From Somniosus microcephalus (taxonomy: Eukaryota): 64,000 bases of DNA. The translations under genes were made by a program, and so were the position numbers. The notes under the pieces are model-generated. The model had not been told where the DNA came from, made no database searches, and worked only from the letters and a program-made list of their open reading frames with translations. The stretch spans positions 29,698,001 through 29,762,000 of the forward strand of contig CM126220.1 in NCBI GenBank assembly GCA_052327205.1, in the 5' to 3' direction. Positions 1-12,332 of this stretch are shown in pieces; the stretch's first letter is position 1; each line of letters begins with the position of its first letter.

Positions 1-603
1 GAACTGCCTGTTGGCTTACTGGGTGCGAGGGGAGGGTAGAAATGCCTTCTATTTTCAGCAGGGTTAGTTTGCACGGTAGTGCCAAAGCAGAACGCCACCT
101 GCTCGCTCTCCAAAGAGCGGAGGGACGCTGCGGAAATGCACTATTTATGTCACTGCAAAACATGTCTCCTGCCACCCAGTCACTGAGTGGCACTGATGGC
201 GGGCATGGCACTTGGGGAGGACCTACCATCCTGCACACTTTCTTTTAAACTCTACGCTTAGATTTTCTGATTGGGTGTAAGCTTGACTGGAAGGTACACA
301 ATTACACGGCCCTCTCCCGCTGCTGTTGGTTGGTCCATAGGAAAGGAGATAAAATTGCTTGCTCGAGCAAAGAAAGCATCAGTTCCTTGCTTTACAAGTC
401 TTATGGACAGCCGGTTGGCTTGTGTTGCTGATGGCGCCAATGGAAATCTGAAGCAATCCTGAATCACAAAAGGTAAATGTGGTTGTGACCTCAGTGGCCA
501 TTGAAGGCTGTATGTCAGGTTGGAACGTGAAGCATATCTCTGTCATAGTATGCCTTGTAAATTGCAGCCGCCACAGTCACTTCTAACAAATGGAGGTGTG
601 AGT

Positions 604-778
604 CAGTGTTCCCGCTAAGCAGCGAGCGTGCGCGACCGCTCAGTAATCTGCAAGGTATCGCGCAGGCCGCTCACAAACTTTTCCATTGTAAATACTGCAA
701 AGGCGCAGAAATTTAAAGGGACCATGCATTGAAATAAACAGGCCGCACACAACAAAGCGCGGCTTAGAGGGGACATTG
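604..778. mobile_element. hAT-type MITE (~175 bp)
   Basis: Imperfect 17-bp terminal inverted repeats (TIRs) CAGTGTTCCCGCTAAGC / GCTTAGAGGGGACATTG. Flanks GTGTGAGT and GTGCATGT fit a decayed 8-bp TSD with reciprocal CpG deamination. Confidence 0.7.
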
Positions 779-1479
779 GTGCATGTGCCACTAGCTGTTG
801 ATTCTGGTGTCAGGGGTTCTGGCGCTTGGTACTGAATGCTTCTGCTGCAGGCTGACTTGCCCAGCAACTCTGCTTTAGTCGTCCTCTTTTGTCTCCATAA
901 CATACAGAGACAGAGGGATTCCCTTGGGAAAAAAAACATTGTGGGACTGGAAAAGTTGGGGGGCGTGGGGAAACACCATAAAACAACAATTGCCATAAAG
1001 GTTCCCGAAAACCTCAGTAAAATTGGAGAAAAAAAACAACGATAAACTGTGGAGGAATGGCCTATTCAGTGAATCTTCTTTATTGGGCTCTTTCAAGATG
1101 CAGCTCTGCCCCAACTGGATGCCTACTTTACAACCCTGGATGCCTACTTTATATGGGGGTGGGAGGTGGTCAATCATTCAATGTAATGCGCACATGAACA
1201 TCAGGAAATTGCATGCATGTCAAAATAACATCATTGTAACTTCATTTAAATAGCACAAAGATGCCCTCGCCTGAAAAAAACAGGAGCCTCCTCTTCCCTT
1301 TCCCCTCCATTAAACTCGCAATCAGAAATTGATGCTCTGTGTAAAATGGGTAGAACATGACCGATCTCCACCCCATCTTTCGAACAGTAACATGCACTTA
1401 ACAACTGAAGGTCACCCCTTCCCGATTGGATAATCCATCCTCGTGTGTCCTGAGTCTTTATCCACTGCAGGGTACAGAC

Positions 1480-1570
1480 AGACGCCAGTGTCTCACCAAA
1501 GTAGTCACACTTCATAAGTCAACAGGCCGTTCGACCGTGGGGAGTACTGATATTCTCCTTATTCACTATC

Positions 1571-1613
<43 letters not shown>

Positions 1614-1800
1614 TCCAGCACGGGATAACTGGATAGCAACCTGGAGCATAAACCTTGGCTGATTTTTCCCCTCCTTAGCCTAAGATCATTGAGGCCCAAT
1701 TGTTGGTGAGGCTCCAATCCTGGCTGCGATCATCTAACGGAACGCAGACCAGAAATAAAACCTGGGAACTTCTGAACTGGATGCTTAGTGCCATACTGGA
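1480..1800 (-). mobile_element. SINE, AmnSINE2-like family, with internal (CA)n expansion at 1573-1611
   Basis: Reverse complement matches the block CAATTGGCCTCAG..GCTAGGGAGGGGAAAAATCAGCCAGGGTT..GCTATCCAG..GCTGGAAAGTGTG that recurs about 11 times in the window. Family name recalled from memory. Confidence 0.6.
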
Positions 1801-2620
1801 CTTACTGGAGTTGCAAAACAAGATTTTCATTCCATCTGCCTGGGTTGGATTCAGTGGTCCGAACCCTTTCCCACCGCACTATAGAAAAGAACTCGAAGGG
1901 CTTGCTCAGCAATTTTTTTTTGTCAGTGAGCTGTTAACGGAACCAGACTGTAAAGAGGATCTTCGGCGGGCACGCTTAATACCTAGTTAACCTACTGCCA
2001 CATTCAACTCCCAGTTCTTCCACTTTTCTCTCAGGGTGAACTGGTCTGTTCCTGACCCACTCACCAGCAATTCATGTGAAAACTATTTAAACATCAGATG
2101 CCCTCCCCAGGAGGCTTCTAAATGCACTCCCTGTTGCTTCCCATCCTGAGCAATGAAAGATGTAATTAGGGGCAGTTTGTCAGTGAGACGCAGATTGCAG
2201 TTTTCATTTTAATGCCCAATTACTGCTGACCTATCAATTATGCTTTTGTAGGATTTAGAAATGTCAACCACACAAACCACTAATCCATCCAAGGCAATAC
2301 TGTACACATGGCCATCTTACCAGAGCCGCAGGATTGCAGTAAAAACATGATTTTATGAAGGTCACAAAGGCAGAGTTTTATTAATGTTTTAGCTGCTGTA
2401 CAGTTATTGCATGTGGGCAGCAGTTCAATAAATCTACGCTCCCTTACAAGCAGTGCTCAAAGCCTTTGTCCAAACCAATTGACATTTTAGTTTGTTTTTT
2501 TCTTTAATAAAATATTTTTTCCTTCCCACTTTTCCTCCTGAAGGTGCTGAATCTTGCTGGTACAGCCACCAGATGTCCTCCAGTACTTTCCTTACCCATG
2601 CTTCAAGTATAGGCCTACAC

Positions 2621-3417
2621 CAGGGGGTGTCAAACCTGTGGTTTAATCCAGCCTGCGGTGCCCTGCGCATAGTGTTGACATGGACACATATCTCCTTGGG
2701 CACTGCTTCTCACGGCCCACCACAGAGATGTGTGGCTGGGCTGAAAGAGGGTGACTGCATGGCAGGGGATTGGGACTCGGGATGGGGTGGGGTGGGGGAG
2801 TTGGGAGCAGTCGGGAGATTGGGGCTTGGGAAAGGGGAGAGAGTGAGGGTGTCAGGGCTGGGGGTTGGGGAAAGGGTGACGGGGGACTGGATTTGGGGAA
2901 TGGGGGCTTGGGAGAGAATGGGAGACTGCTGTATAGGGGTCAGGAGCTGGCTTGGGGAAGAGTCAGAGACTGGGAAATGGGGGCTTAGGGAGAGAAGGAT
3001 ACCAGGGAAATTTGGGTCAGCAATGTGGGATCGAAGGAACGAGATAGACTGTAAAATGGAGGCTGAGAGATTGGGGCTTAGGTGGATGGAAAGAGTGATA
3101 CTCGGGACTTGGGGGTCGGGGGTGATTGGGGCTTGGGCTGGGGGGGTGGTGGTGGGAGAGGAATGGGTTGGGGTGGGGTCCAGCACTCCTGCAAAGCAGG
3201 GAGCAGCAACAAGGTGGTGAGTGTGAACAGCACTGAGGGAGAAGCAGCCAGTGAAGGGGTAAGTGAAACCTGGGGACCTTACTGAAGGCAAACGGTGAAA
3301 GATTGTTTCCACTGATGGGCAAGTGCGGTATCCAAATAACCTTTGCTGAATATGGCCCAAGCCAAGTGCCAGTATGTTGGATCAGGCCCACCATGTATAT
3401 TGAGTTTGACACCACTG
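2621..3417. mobile_element. hAT-type non-autonomous element with G-rich core
   Basis: Ends CAGGGGGTGTCAAAC...GTTTGACACCACTG are typical hAT TIRs. Decayed 8-bp flanks GCCTACAC/GATTACAG. Interior 2760-3200 is G-run-rich. Confidence 0.65.
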
Positions 3418-4240
3418 GATTACAGTGGCTTTTTAAAAATTTACCCCTCCCGCCACCCCCCAATCACAATCAATTACAATGCTGGACACCAGGAATGTTC
3501 CTTGCACCCATCGTTGAAAAGGTACGAATGATGGAAAATACATTGAATGACATCATCCCATTGTTTACATCTTATTATAATATGCCTGTCCATATTTGGG
3601 TGGACATCTAATATGGTAGCGTCACTTTCCAGTGGAAAATTCTGAAAGTGGCATGGTTGATGACGAACTGGTGGAACAGCTCCCCATCCATATTTTCTCC
3701 TCTGCCGACCAAGTTGCTTTGGTTGACTGCTGTAATTGAAGAAGAAAATCTTGTTTGCAAGAGGCTACATGTTCCTCATTTTCTATGTGGAAAGCAAGCA
3801 TCAACTTGAATTTTTCCTAGGATTGCAAGAGAGCACATTGGCGGTGGATCTTTGATGGGACATCCATGTACTGTATTGAAGTTTGACTCTGGACCACCAT
3901 CTCCAGTCAGGCAAGGAGCACTGCTCTCCTCCGGGGAGAGTGCCCTGGAATGCTAAATGGAGTGATCCTCCTCACACCCACCTCGTGCAGCAGCATGTCC
4001 AGCCATCAAACATGGGCTGGGTGCAACGCCATTCCATTTGTGGACTCTTGTGTGCAAAATGGCCCTTGCAGTTGCCTACTAGACTTCAATGCATGTGAAT
4101 TATTTTGAGATGTTTCTGAGATAAGGTGCTATATAAATGCCAGTCTTTCTTTACACTGGTTTATCATTCTGGGGACAAGATTTCCTCTCTCCAGCATATG
4201 TAGCAAAACCTTTATTAGCACATGCTTTACTGAAAGATTT

Positions 4241-5678
4241 ACATAGAAACATAGAAGATAGTAGCAGGAGTAGGCCATTCGGCCCCTCGAGCCTGCTCCG
4301 CCATTTAATGAGATCATGGCTGATCATCCAAATTCAGTACCCTGTCCCTGCTTTCTCCCCACATCCCTTGATCCCTTTAGCCTTAAGAAATATATATAAC
4401 TCCTTCTTGAATATATTTAATTAATTGGCCTCAATCGCCAGTTGTGGCAGAGAATTCCACAGGTTCACCACTATCTGGGTGAAGAAATTCCTCCTCATCT
4501 CTGTCCTAAATGGCTTACCCCTTATCTTTCGGCTGTGACCCCTGGTTCTGGACTCCCCCGCCATCAGGAACATCCTTCCTGCATCTAGTCTGTCTAGTCC
4601 TGTTAGAATTTTGTAAGTTTCAATGAGATCCCCTCTCATTCTTCTAAACTCCAGCAAATATAAGCCCAATCGAACCAATCTCTCGTCATATGTCATTCCT
4701 GCCATCCCAGGTATCAGTCTGGTGAATCTTCGCTGCACTCCCTCCATGGCAAGAACATCCTTCCTCAGATAAGGCGACCAAAACTGCACGCACTGGCCCA
4801 GAAATTCGGGTCCCAACGCGTGAGTACGGACGGAGTACTCACGCGTGGACCCGATGGAAGTGCCGGTTTCTTGCATGCACTACGCATGTGCGGGAAACCG
4901 GCATTTCCGATCCTCTGAACCAAGGGGTTCAGAGGTCGAACGCGTGCGCGCAGGAGTCTGCGTGTGCGCGTTGAACTTCCTCTTTTTTTACAGGTTTGCC
5001 CGTGCGTGAAGGCCTCTACATTTTACACATTATAAAACCAGACATAAGGACTTCATTTTAAAAGGTAAGTGATCAATTAGTTAAATTTAGAACATTTTTT
5101 CCACAGGTTTATTATTTTTAAATACTTTACAGTAAGGTAAGTGTATTTTTAGCCCCGATTTTTTATAAAATTATTTTTTTCAAAAATTTAAATTATTGTT
5201 TAAAATAGTTATTTAATGTTATTTATAGTTGATTTAAATAGTGTGTTTTTTTTTCAAATTTATTTTAAGGTTAAGTACTGTTTTGGGCGCCCGGAGTTTT
5301 CATGAGTTTGACAGTTCTTTCTGTCAAACTCATGAATGGGCTTTTCCCTCCTCCGATTGGTTGCCCAGTGCTCACGTGATCCCAGCCGACGCATCGCACT
5401 AACTACGCCGCTGGATCACGCAAGCACAGCACGCCGGGAACTGGACCGGGCCACAGAGAGGAAATGCACGCAGGCCCAGGCCTCAACTGCCGGCGCGCTA
5501 GGTAAGTGTAGGTCGGGGGCTTGCACCCGCGGGAAGCCCCCGACACGAATTTCTGGGCCAATACTCAAGGTGTGGTCTCACCAAGGCCCTGTACAACTGC
5601 AGCAAGACATCCTTGCTCCTGTACTCGAAACCTCTCGCTATGAAGGCCAACATACCATTTGCCTTCTTAACCGCCTGT
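4241..5678 (-). mobile_element. CR1 (HER1-like) LINE 3' fragment, interrupted by a MITE
   Basis: Encodes the ORF2 C-terminal region CVQFWSPYLRKDVLAMEGVQRRFTRLIPG...RGDLIETYKIL, with 3' UTR stem-loop and TTCTATGT tail at 4241-4260. Homology resumes at 5560. Confidence 0.93.
4795..5559. mobile_element. PIF/Harbinger-type MITE inserted in CR1
   Basis: Perfect 14-bp TIRs GGCCCAGAAATTCG / CGAATTTCTGGGCC and 3-bp TSD ACT/AAT. Removing the insert restores the CR1 sequence seen at about 15301-15330. Confidence 0.85.
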
Positions 5679-8660
5679 CATTTGTCATTTTGTTACAAGT
5701 AGCGCACAGACAGAATCTAGCCTCAGGTTGCTTGCAACCCTGTTTGGATTATGGTGCAAAAAGACAACACACCTTTTTGATGAGTTGCTGTTCACCTCAA
5801 GGATATAAACACAAGCGAGTCCCTGGAACGTGCACGCTTTTGCAGGAGCTGCTCAGTAGCTTCTGGACTATGTCTACAACTCTCTCTTATTAATTTGTGA
5901 CTCGACTCATGTACCACTTGGCCCATCTTGCCTTCAGATAAGATTACATCATTCTAAGTTGCTCAAAGCTCAAGACACCACCTGTCAGCTTCAGAGCTCC
6001 CAGACTGTGGCGGGAGACGTAAATGAGATGTGAGTGCTTGTCTTCACAAGTACTGTCGGAGCAAGCTCTGATTAATTTGATGCATTTTACTTAAGGAAAA
6101 TGAAACCGCTGACCACCCCCCAACCCCCCACACACACACACACATACACACACTTTCTGACGAATGTCTTGTTACAATTGTAGCGGCCTTGTACAAAGTA
6201 CATAAGAATCTCATCTCTAACAAGTCAATAAGAAGCCTGAACAGTGAGAAAAGCGTGAATTTAATTCTAACATTTCCTGGCTCCTTTCCTTTAATGCCAT
6301 TATTATTTCCACAATTCAAGGAAGCCTGAGTTAAGGAATCCTTTCCTGGGGGAGACTTCAAATTAGCGTATTGGGATAGAAGGGTGCTAATTTTAGGCTC
6401 CATTTGGAGAAAAAAAACATGAGTATAGAAATTACCCTGTGAGATAGTGGTATACGAACACTTAACACATTCGTACGACATTACTTTGTCTATTATTTTA
6501 ACAGGAGTGTTACCCATTTAAAACAAACTGCCAAAAGCCTACTTTAAAACAGTAAGCAAAGTGATTTATGTACATGCATTAAGTACACAGTTATTTCTAG
6601 ACTAATATGCTTAATCCCTAGTATTCTGGAAATTAATCAGAGGATTAGGTTTGGTTTTGATTTTTCAATTTGGTGAAGGAATTTCCTGGCGTCGGGCTGC
6701 TCATTGCTCTGCTGCCATATTCAACTGTTGCTGTTACCCCAGACAGCTCAAGGAGACCTTTTTAAATAGGTGCGAGCGGATATCCCATAATTAGCAGCTT
6801 TTCTCAGAGAACTTTTTCTCAGTCAGAAGGCTGTATGTGAGAGGAAAAACAAATCTGTTTGCCCCAATCAGAAAATCTGGATGCATTTTTGAAGTTCCAG
6901 AATTTCATTTTTATGTTTAACAGCAAGACTGACTATTGCTAGAATGTGCCAGACTTTCTGTTCATAAGTCCATGGTTAACTTCACAAATATTGAACCAAT
7001 CATTAAAGTGTGATTCTTAACTTTCTGGGCTACTAACATCCGAGATGTAACAAACGGTGGGGTTGATTTTTCTTGTTGGTTATGCCCTGTGTGAAAATAG
7101 GACAGAGACCTGCAATGCCTCTTTTGAACATTACACAGGCTTAAGGTTGGATGGCGATGGGCGCAGGAATCATAACATTGTAATGGTGTGGCAGTGACAT
7201 TATTATGACTTCTGAATCTTTTTCCAGCTGTCACGCCACTTTGCTAATCTTGCTCACATAAATTTGGCTGTTGACAGTTGTTCGACAGCGTCTTAACATA
7301 AAAAGTTATTTAAAGGGGCAGGCAGCAACTTACAGCTGCAATTTAATTTTAGCTTCTTCAGTTGTGGGTGAGTTTTTTGCAACCCTTTTTTCTTTCTGCA
7401 TAACTGTGTGAGTTATAGGCCTTTGTCGGTGGGCTTTCAGGTTAGTCATTATGACTCCCACTGTACCCCTTCACACATAAGGGGGAAGAAGTTCAACTTA
7501 TGGTTACCCGCTCTGCGTCTGTAAAATGGATGTTAGGCATCCGTATGCTGATTTGCGATCTGTCGTGTTTGATCTAGACGGGAAGAGCGCCGGACTCCAT
7601 GCGGGAGAAGCAGGCCACCACACGTGGAGCCGAGCCGGCAACAGTGAGGAGGAGGCCGCGGTGACGAGGAGGACGGAGCGGCTGAGGGACATCGTGCTCC
7701 CACTGCCACTGGATGCCAAAGAATTGACTTTCTGAACACGGTGATGTAAAAATAGCTGACATGTCCCTACGGGGAGTAAGCATTCCATTGTACTAGTTAC
7801 ATATGGCAAATAAAATTGAATTGAATTGAATAACTGGGGTGATTTTAAGTTGCCTAGGATGCACACCTAAAACAGGCATTTGGCTCCTTAAATATGTAAA
7901 TAATGTCCTACGCTGATTGTAGGACCCCAAATGCAAAATTCAGGTATAAATAGGCAGAGATTGCGTGTGCATGCTCCGGCCAGCTGTACCAGGTCTTGAG
8001 CGGTGTAACCAGCGGTCCTTAAAGAGACTGTTGGTGACTGCCCAAAAAAAGGACCAAAAATGTTTTATTTTTCATTTCTGTGGGCCCAGGAGAAACAGGA
8101 ATGCACGTCCTGGACCCACAAAAAAACTCCAGCCTGCTGCTGGCATGTTTGAGGTCAGCTGATTTCCCCCTCTCCCCGACTGGTGAGCTGCAGTGGTGCA
8201 CTTGGTTGGCACCAGTAGCATTTAAATTAGATCCAAAGCAGAATTTGGCTCAGGCCTCAGGCTGGCACAGACTCCTCTGACTGTGCCCGCTTTGAGTGCA
8301 AGTTGAATTTCTCCCCCTAGGTGTTCCTATGAAAAACCACTTTATTTGCGTTACTTGGAGGATGAAGATGGAAGGGAAGCCAAGTTATATTACAGAAGGA
8401 TAGCTCCTACCTGTCATTACCCTTCCAATCACATGTATCAGTCGCGGTATGCAATTAACTCACGCCCGGTCATTGCGATGCAGGCACCACATTAAATTCG
8501 CGCTGCTCATTGGCTGCACACATCAGCAGGGGGCCCGATATCGTGAGTGGCTAGCGTTGCTTAAAGGCAGCCTGCACCTCTTAAAGAGGAGGTGCATTGT
8601 GGTTGCAAGAAGTGGTGGGAGTCGTTTGAAAACTGAATCTGTGGTGTGATGCTTTGAGGA

Positions 8661-8892
8661 ATGGCTGAACATACAAGAGAGCGAGCACCAAAATTTTCTG
8701 ACTATGCACTGCAGGTCTTGGTGCAGGACAAGGAGAGACATCCTGTATCCACAGGGGGCCAGGAGGCCCTCCAGACATATGCTCAGGAGGCAGTTGAAAG
8801 AAGTAACGGTGGCGGTCAATGCCAGGAGTGTAGCTCCAAGAACATGGATGCAGTGCAAGAAAAAGTTTAATGATCTGACACGCGTTGTCAAG
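8661..8892 (+). pseudogene. Harbinger transposon Myb/SANT-like gene remnant (frameshifted)
   Basis: ERAPKFSDYALQVLV / RRDILYPQGARRP...EVTVAVNARSVAPRTWMQCKKKFNDL resembles the trihelix/Myb-like domain. Ends at a donor site AAG|GTGAGT. Confidence 0.8.
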
Positions 8893-9069
8893 GTGAGTCA
8901 ATCTTCAAATGGCATATCCTACCAACTGCACCACTAGCCTCATCCACTGCTCTGTTCACTATACCCCATCGCCCACCTACCAACAATCTCTATCAATCAA
9001 TACTCAACCCTTCAATTCATATCCTTTACCTCACCCTCACACACTTAGCACTGTGGCAAGCCTCACACT

Positions 9070-9905
9070 CACAGCTTGCACACACTGGCAGCCATTCAAC
9101 CTTGACAGCCATGGGCAATGCTGTCCTTGCCCTGTTTTTCAGGCTGCACCTGTTGCTGCAGCAGTTGGCAGATTTCAGTCACAACCTCTTTTGTGAAGTG
9201 AAGACGTCTCATGCATTGGTCCTTGCTGAAGTTTAGGGAAGAGAATTGCTCCCTGAAGCCCCACTGCAGATATGGCCTCCTGTTGAATGCCCTTCTCCCC
9301 ATCCTCCTCCTCCCTCTTCTAGCAGCTTGTCCTGCTCTGCGTGGCCTCTCTTCATTTCCCAGTCATGCTCAATCCCCAGAGGAAACCCTACCAGGCTACC
9401 CATGTCTGGAAGTAAATTCTTTCAGCACAAGATTTCAAATGACCAAAATGCTACTTCAAGACCATCCACACCACTCCCTGTAGAGTATTCAAACTTTAGC
9501 CAAGTATAGAAAAGCTGCAAAACCACGTACAATTGCACCAGCAGCCAGAAGAAATAATCCAGCAATTAACCTGTAGATAGTTCATGATCCCTTTAAATAG
9601 CGTTGGTGGGAGGGTCCTTCATTCCATTTAATGTCGTATTCAGCTGTGCGAGGTTAAGACGGGACGTTGGCTGGAGTGTGGAGTTTGAAAATGGCAGCGC
9701 TGGCATCAAATCAACATTGCGCACTGATTTGCGTCATCATCTCGCTGCTCTACATGTTGCAGGCGGTCGTTAGGTGCACGCGCAAACCCCTTTACCAAGA
9801 TGGCAACCTGCGCATTTTCCATCGGCACTTGGACCCCATTTTCGAGCCTTTTGTGACGGTGTAGCACCTAAAAAACAGGCGCTAGATGGCCCAATTTAGC
9901 CCCCT
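9070..9905 (-). mobile_element. Harbinger transposase 5' remnant plus upstream region and probable element end
   Basis: RRPY..FREQFSSLNFSKDQCMRRLHFTKEVVTEICQLLQ resembles a HARBI1-type transposase N-terminus. It is convergent with the Myb remnant, with a GGGGCTAAATTGGGCC end at about 9888-9903. Confidence 0.7.
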
Positions 9906-11354
9906 AGGTGTTGCCCAAGGAACAATGCATGTACACCTGCTGATCTGCAGCCCAGCAGACCCCAATGGCAGCACTGGCATTTTTGAAGCTCCTATCAGTG
10001 ACTCTATCCATTTGATCACTTGGCGTATCTAAGAAGGAGCTGACAGTGGCGCTCAGGGATATTCATGAGAGATGCTAAGACTGCCATTAGGTTTCCTTCC
10101 GTGGGGTCTCTGGTGTTGTCATGCTGTCCAAGGTGGACCGCATGGTATCTGGAATTGTCTACACCAACCGTAATGTGACGAAAGCAGGTTGGTACACTCC
10201 CCGCAGTGACTCCAGCAATCTTTCATACGCAGAAAGCATCCTATTTTTTTAAAAGCTGGGCTCCAGAGATCAGAATCTTGTCCTCATCAGCTGTGGATGG
10301 AAGCAATCTCACCCTCCAGCCAATGCTTGCTGTGCCTCTTGTGCCAACACCACCTGCTCCAGCTCATTTGTGCTCTGTGGTTTCACCGAGTGCACTGTTC
10401 ACGAGCTCATAATTGCTGCTCGAGCCTGAGAAAAGACATGCTTCATATTGCTGCACAGCGCAGCTGAGAGAATCATACAAATGCACGCTGGAAGATTCTC
10501 CGCATTGCACACACTCAGGCGCCAGTATTTTGGGAATTGCCGGCACAGATGTAGGTGTTACCTCTCTTCAGCTGACAGAGTAATAGCTCTCAGAACAGTA
10601 TCAGCTTCAGCCCTGTTTGTCAGAAGGTTGAGCTCTCTGAGTATATATGTTAACAAAACATACTGAAAAATACAAAAGACAATTTTATAGGTAAATTTAA
10701 TCTTGTTATTGTAAAAAATAAAGTCTCTATTATGTCCCAATCTTATTTTCAACATGTTTTTACCTATGTATAGCTTGTCAGGCTAAAAAAAATAGTGGTG
10801 GAAAAAGTTTTGAAAAAAGATTTTTGAGCGGCGATACATCACATTGGGGTTTTTACCTGTGCTTTTGGGGGATCAGATGTACAGTTCCACCCATTTCTCC
10901 ATGATAATTGTTTGAGGGAGGGTGTCTTGAGGTTGGGGACCTCAAAGGGGGCAGAGTTCTGTGATTTGAGCGCAATACATAGTGTTGGGATGTGATATCT
11001 GGTGGGTTTAAATGGAGTCGTTCCTGGAGTCTGGCATCGCTGGGGTGGGTGAGGGTGTGTGTTGGGGGTGAAGGAATGTTGAAAAAAAATTGTAAAAGAT
11101 CTGCTTTGAGATAGTGAAGTAAATGTTTTGAATAACCAGACCGCTGCTTTAATAAATGTAAATTGCATTTATAAACAACTTCTAGTACATATATTTTTTA
11201 CATATCAAAGATTAACTCAAAACATTCAAAAGTTCATGCTTTACATTGTTCTCATGTAGGTCCTAGGTTATGGAAGTGGAAAAAGATGGCATTTTCCAAT
11301 GAAAGAGCTTAGAAAAAAGTTCATAAGGGTTCTGCTCAAAATCGGTGAATCAAG

Positions 11355-11620
11355 GTGGCATTAAATGGAAAATTAGAGACGCGTGCAATAAGGGCACAGC
11401 AGTTATCACGGGTGACTTTAATCTACATATAGATTGGGCTAACCAAATTAGTAACAATACTGTGGAGGATGAATTCCTGGAGTGTATACGAGATGGTTTC
11501 CTGGACCAACATGTCAAGGAACCAACTAGAGATCAGGCCATCTTAGACTGGGTATTATGTAATGAGAAAGGATTAATTAGCAATCTTGTTGTGCGAGGCC
11601 CCTTGGGTCGGAGCAATCAT
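11355..11620 (+). mobile_element. CR1 LINE APE-endonuclease fragment
   Basis: VITGDFNLHIDW...FLECIRDGFLDQHVKEPTRDQAILDWVLCN...PLGRSNH contains the APE GDFN and SDH-equivalent motifs. Confidence 0.9.
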
Positions 11621-12255
11621 AAGAACATAAGAACATAAGAAATAGGAGCAGGAGTAGGCCAATCGGCCCCTCGAGCCTGCTCCGCCATTCAATGAGATCA
11701 TGGCTGATCTGATCCTAACCGCCAATCTACTATCACAGAACCATCTCCTGAATCTAACAGAATTAGACACACGAAATAGGAGCAGGATCAGGCTACACGG
11801 CCCCTGGGCCCGCTCCGCTACCCACAGGGCCATGTCCGATCCGAACCTAGACTCATGTCCAAATTCCTGCCCGCTCCCCGTAACCCTTAATTCCCTTTAC
11901 TTCTAGGAAACTGTCTATTTCTGTTTTAAATTTATGTAATGATGTAGCTTCTACAGCTTTTTGGGGCAGCATATTCCATGGACCTACCACCCTCTGAGTG
12001 AAGTAGTTCCTCCTCATCTCAGTTTTGAAAGAGCAGCCCCTTATTCTAAGACTATGCCCCCTAGTTCTAGTTTCACCCATCATCGGGAACATCCTCCCCG
12101 CATCCACCCGATCCAACCCCTTCACAATCTTATATGTTTCAATAAGATCGCCTCTCATTCTTCTGAACTCCAATGAGTAGAGTCCCAATCTACTCAACCT
12201 CTCCTCATATGTCCATCCCCTCATCCCCGGGATCAACCGAGTGAACCTTCTTTGA
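11618..12255 (-). mobile_element. CR1 LINE 3' fragment with duplicated 3' UTR
   Basis: ORF 11853-12236 is a CR1 ORF2 C-terminus, with a (TTCTTATG)n tail at 11618-11642. Confidence 0.92.
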
Positions 12256-12332
12256 TAGATCTCATTGAATGGCGGAGCAGGTTCGAGGGGCCGAATGGCC
12301 TACTCCTGCTCCTATCTTCTATGTTTCTATGT
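12256..12332 (+). mobile_element. CR1 3' UTR and tail fragment
   Basis: ATCTCATTGAATGGCGGAGCAGG...CCTACTCCTGCTCCTATCTTCTATGTTTCTATGT, the same tail as the other CR1 copies. Confidence 0.85.

Noticed and set aside
2492-3463. Gly-rich and Pro/Ser-rich ORFs of 148-242 aa
   Set aside because: They arise from the stop-poor G-rich MITE interior.
3300-3890. Coding-looking peptide fragments here and at about 260-470, 11260-11345, 19195-19322 and 21170-21700
   Set aside because: They are short, stop-interrupted and unrecognised, so I cannot support them as exons or a pseudogene without BLASTx.
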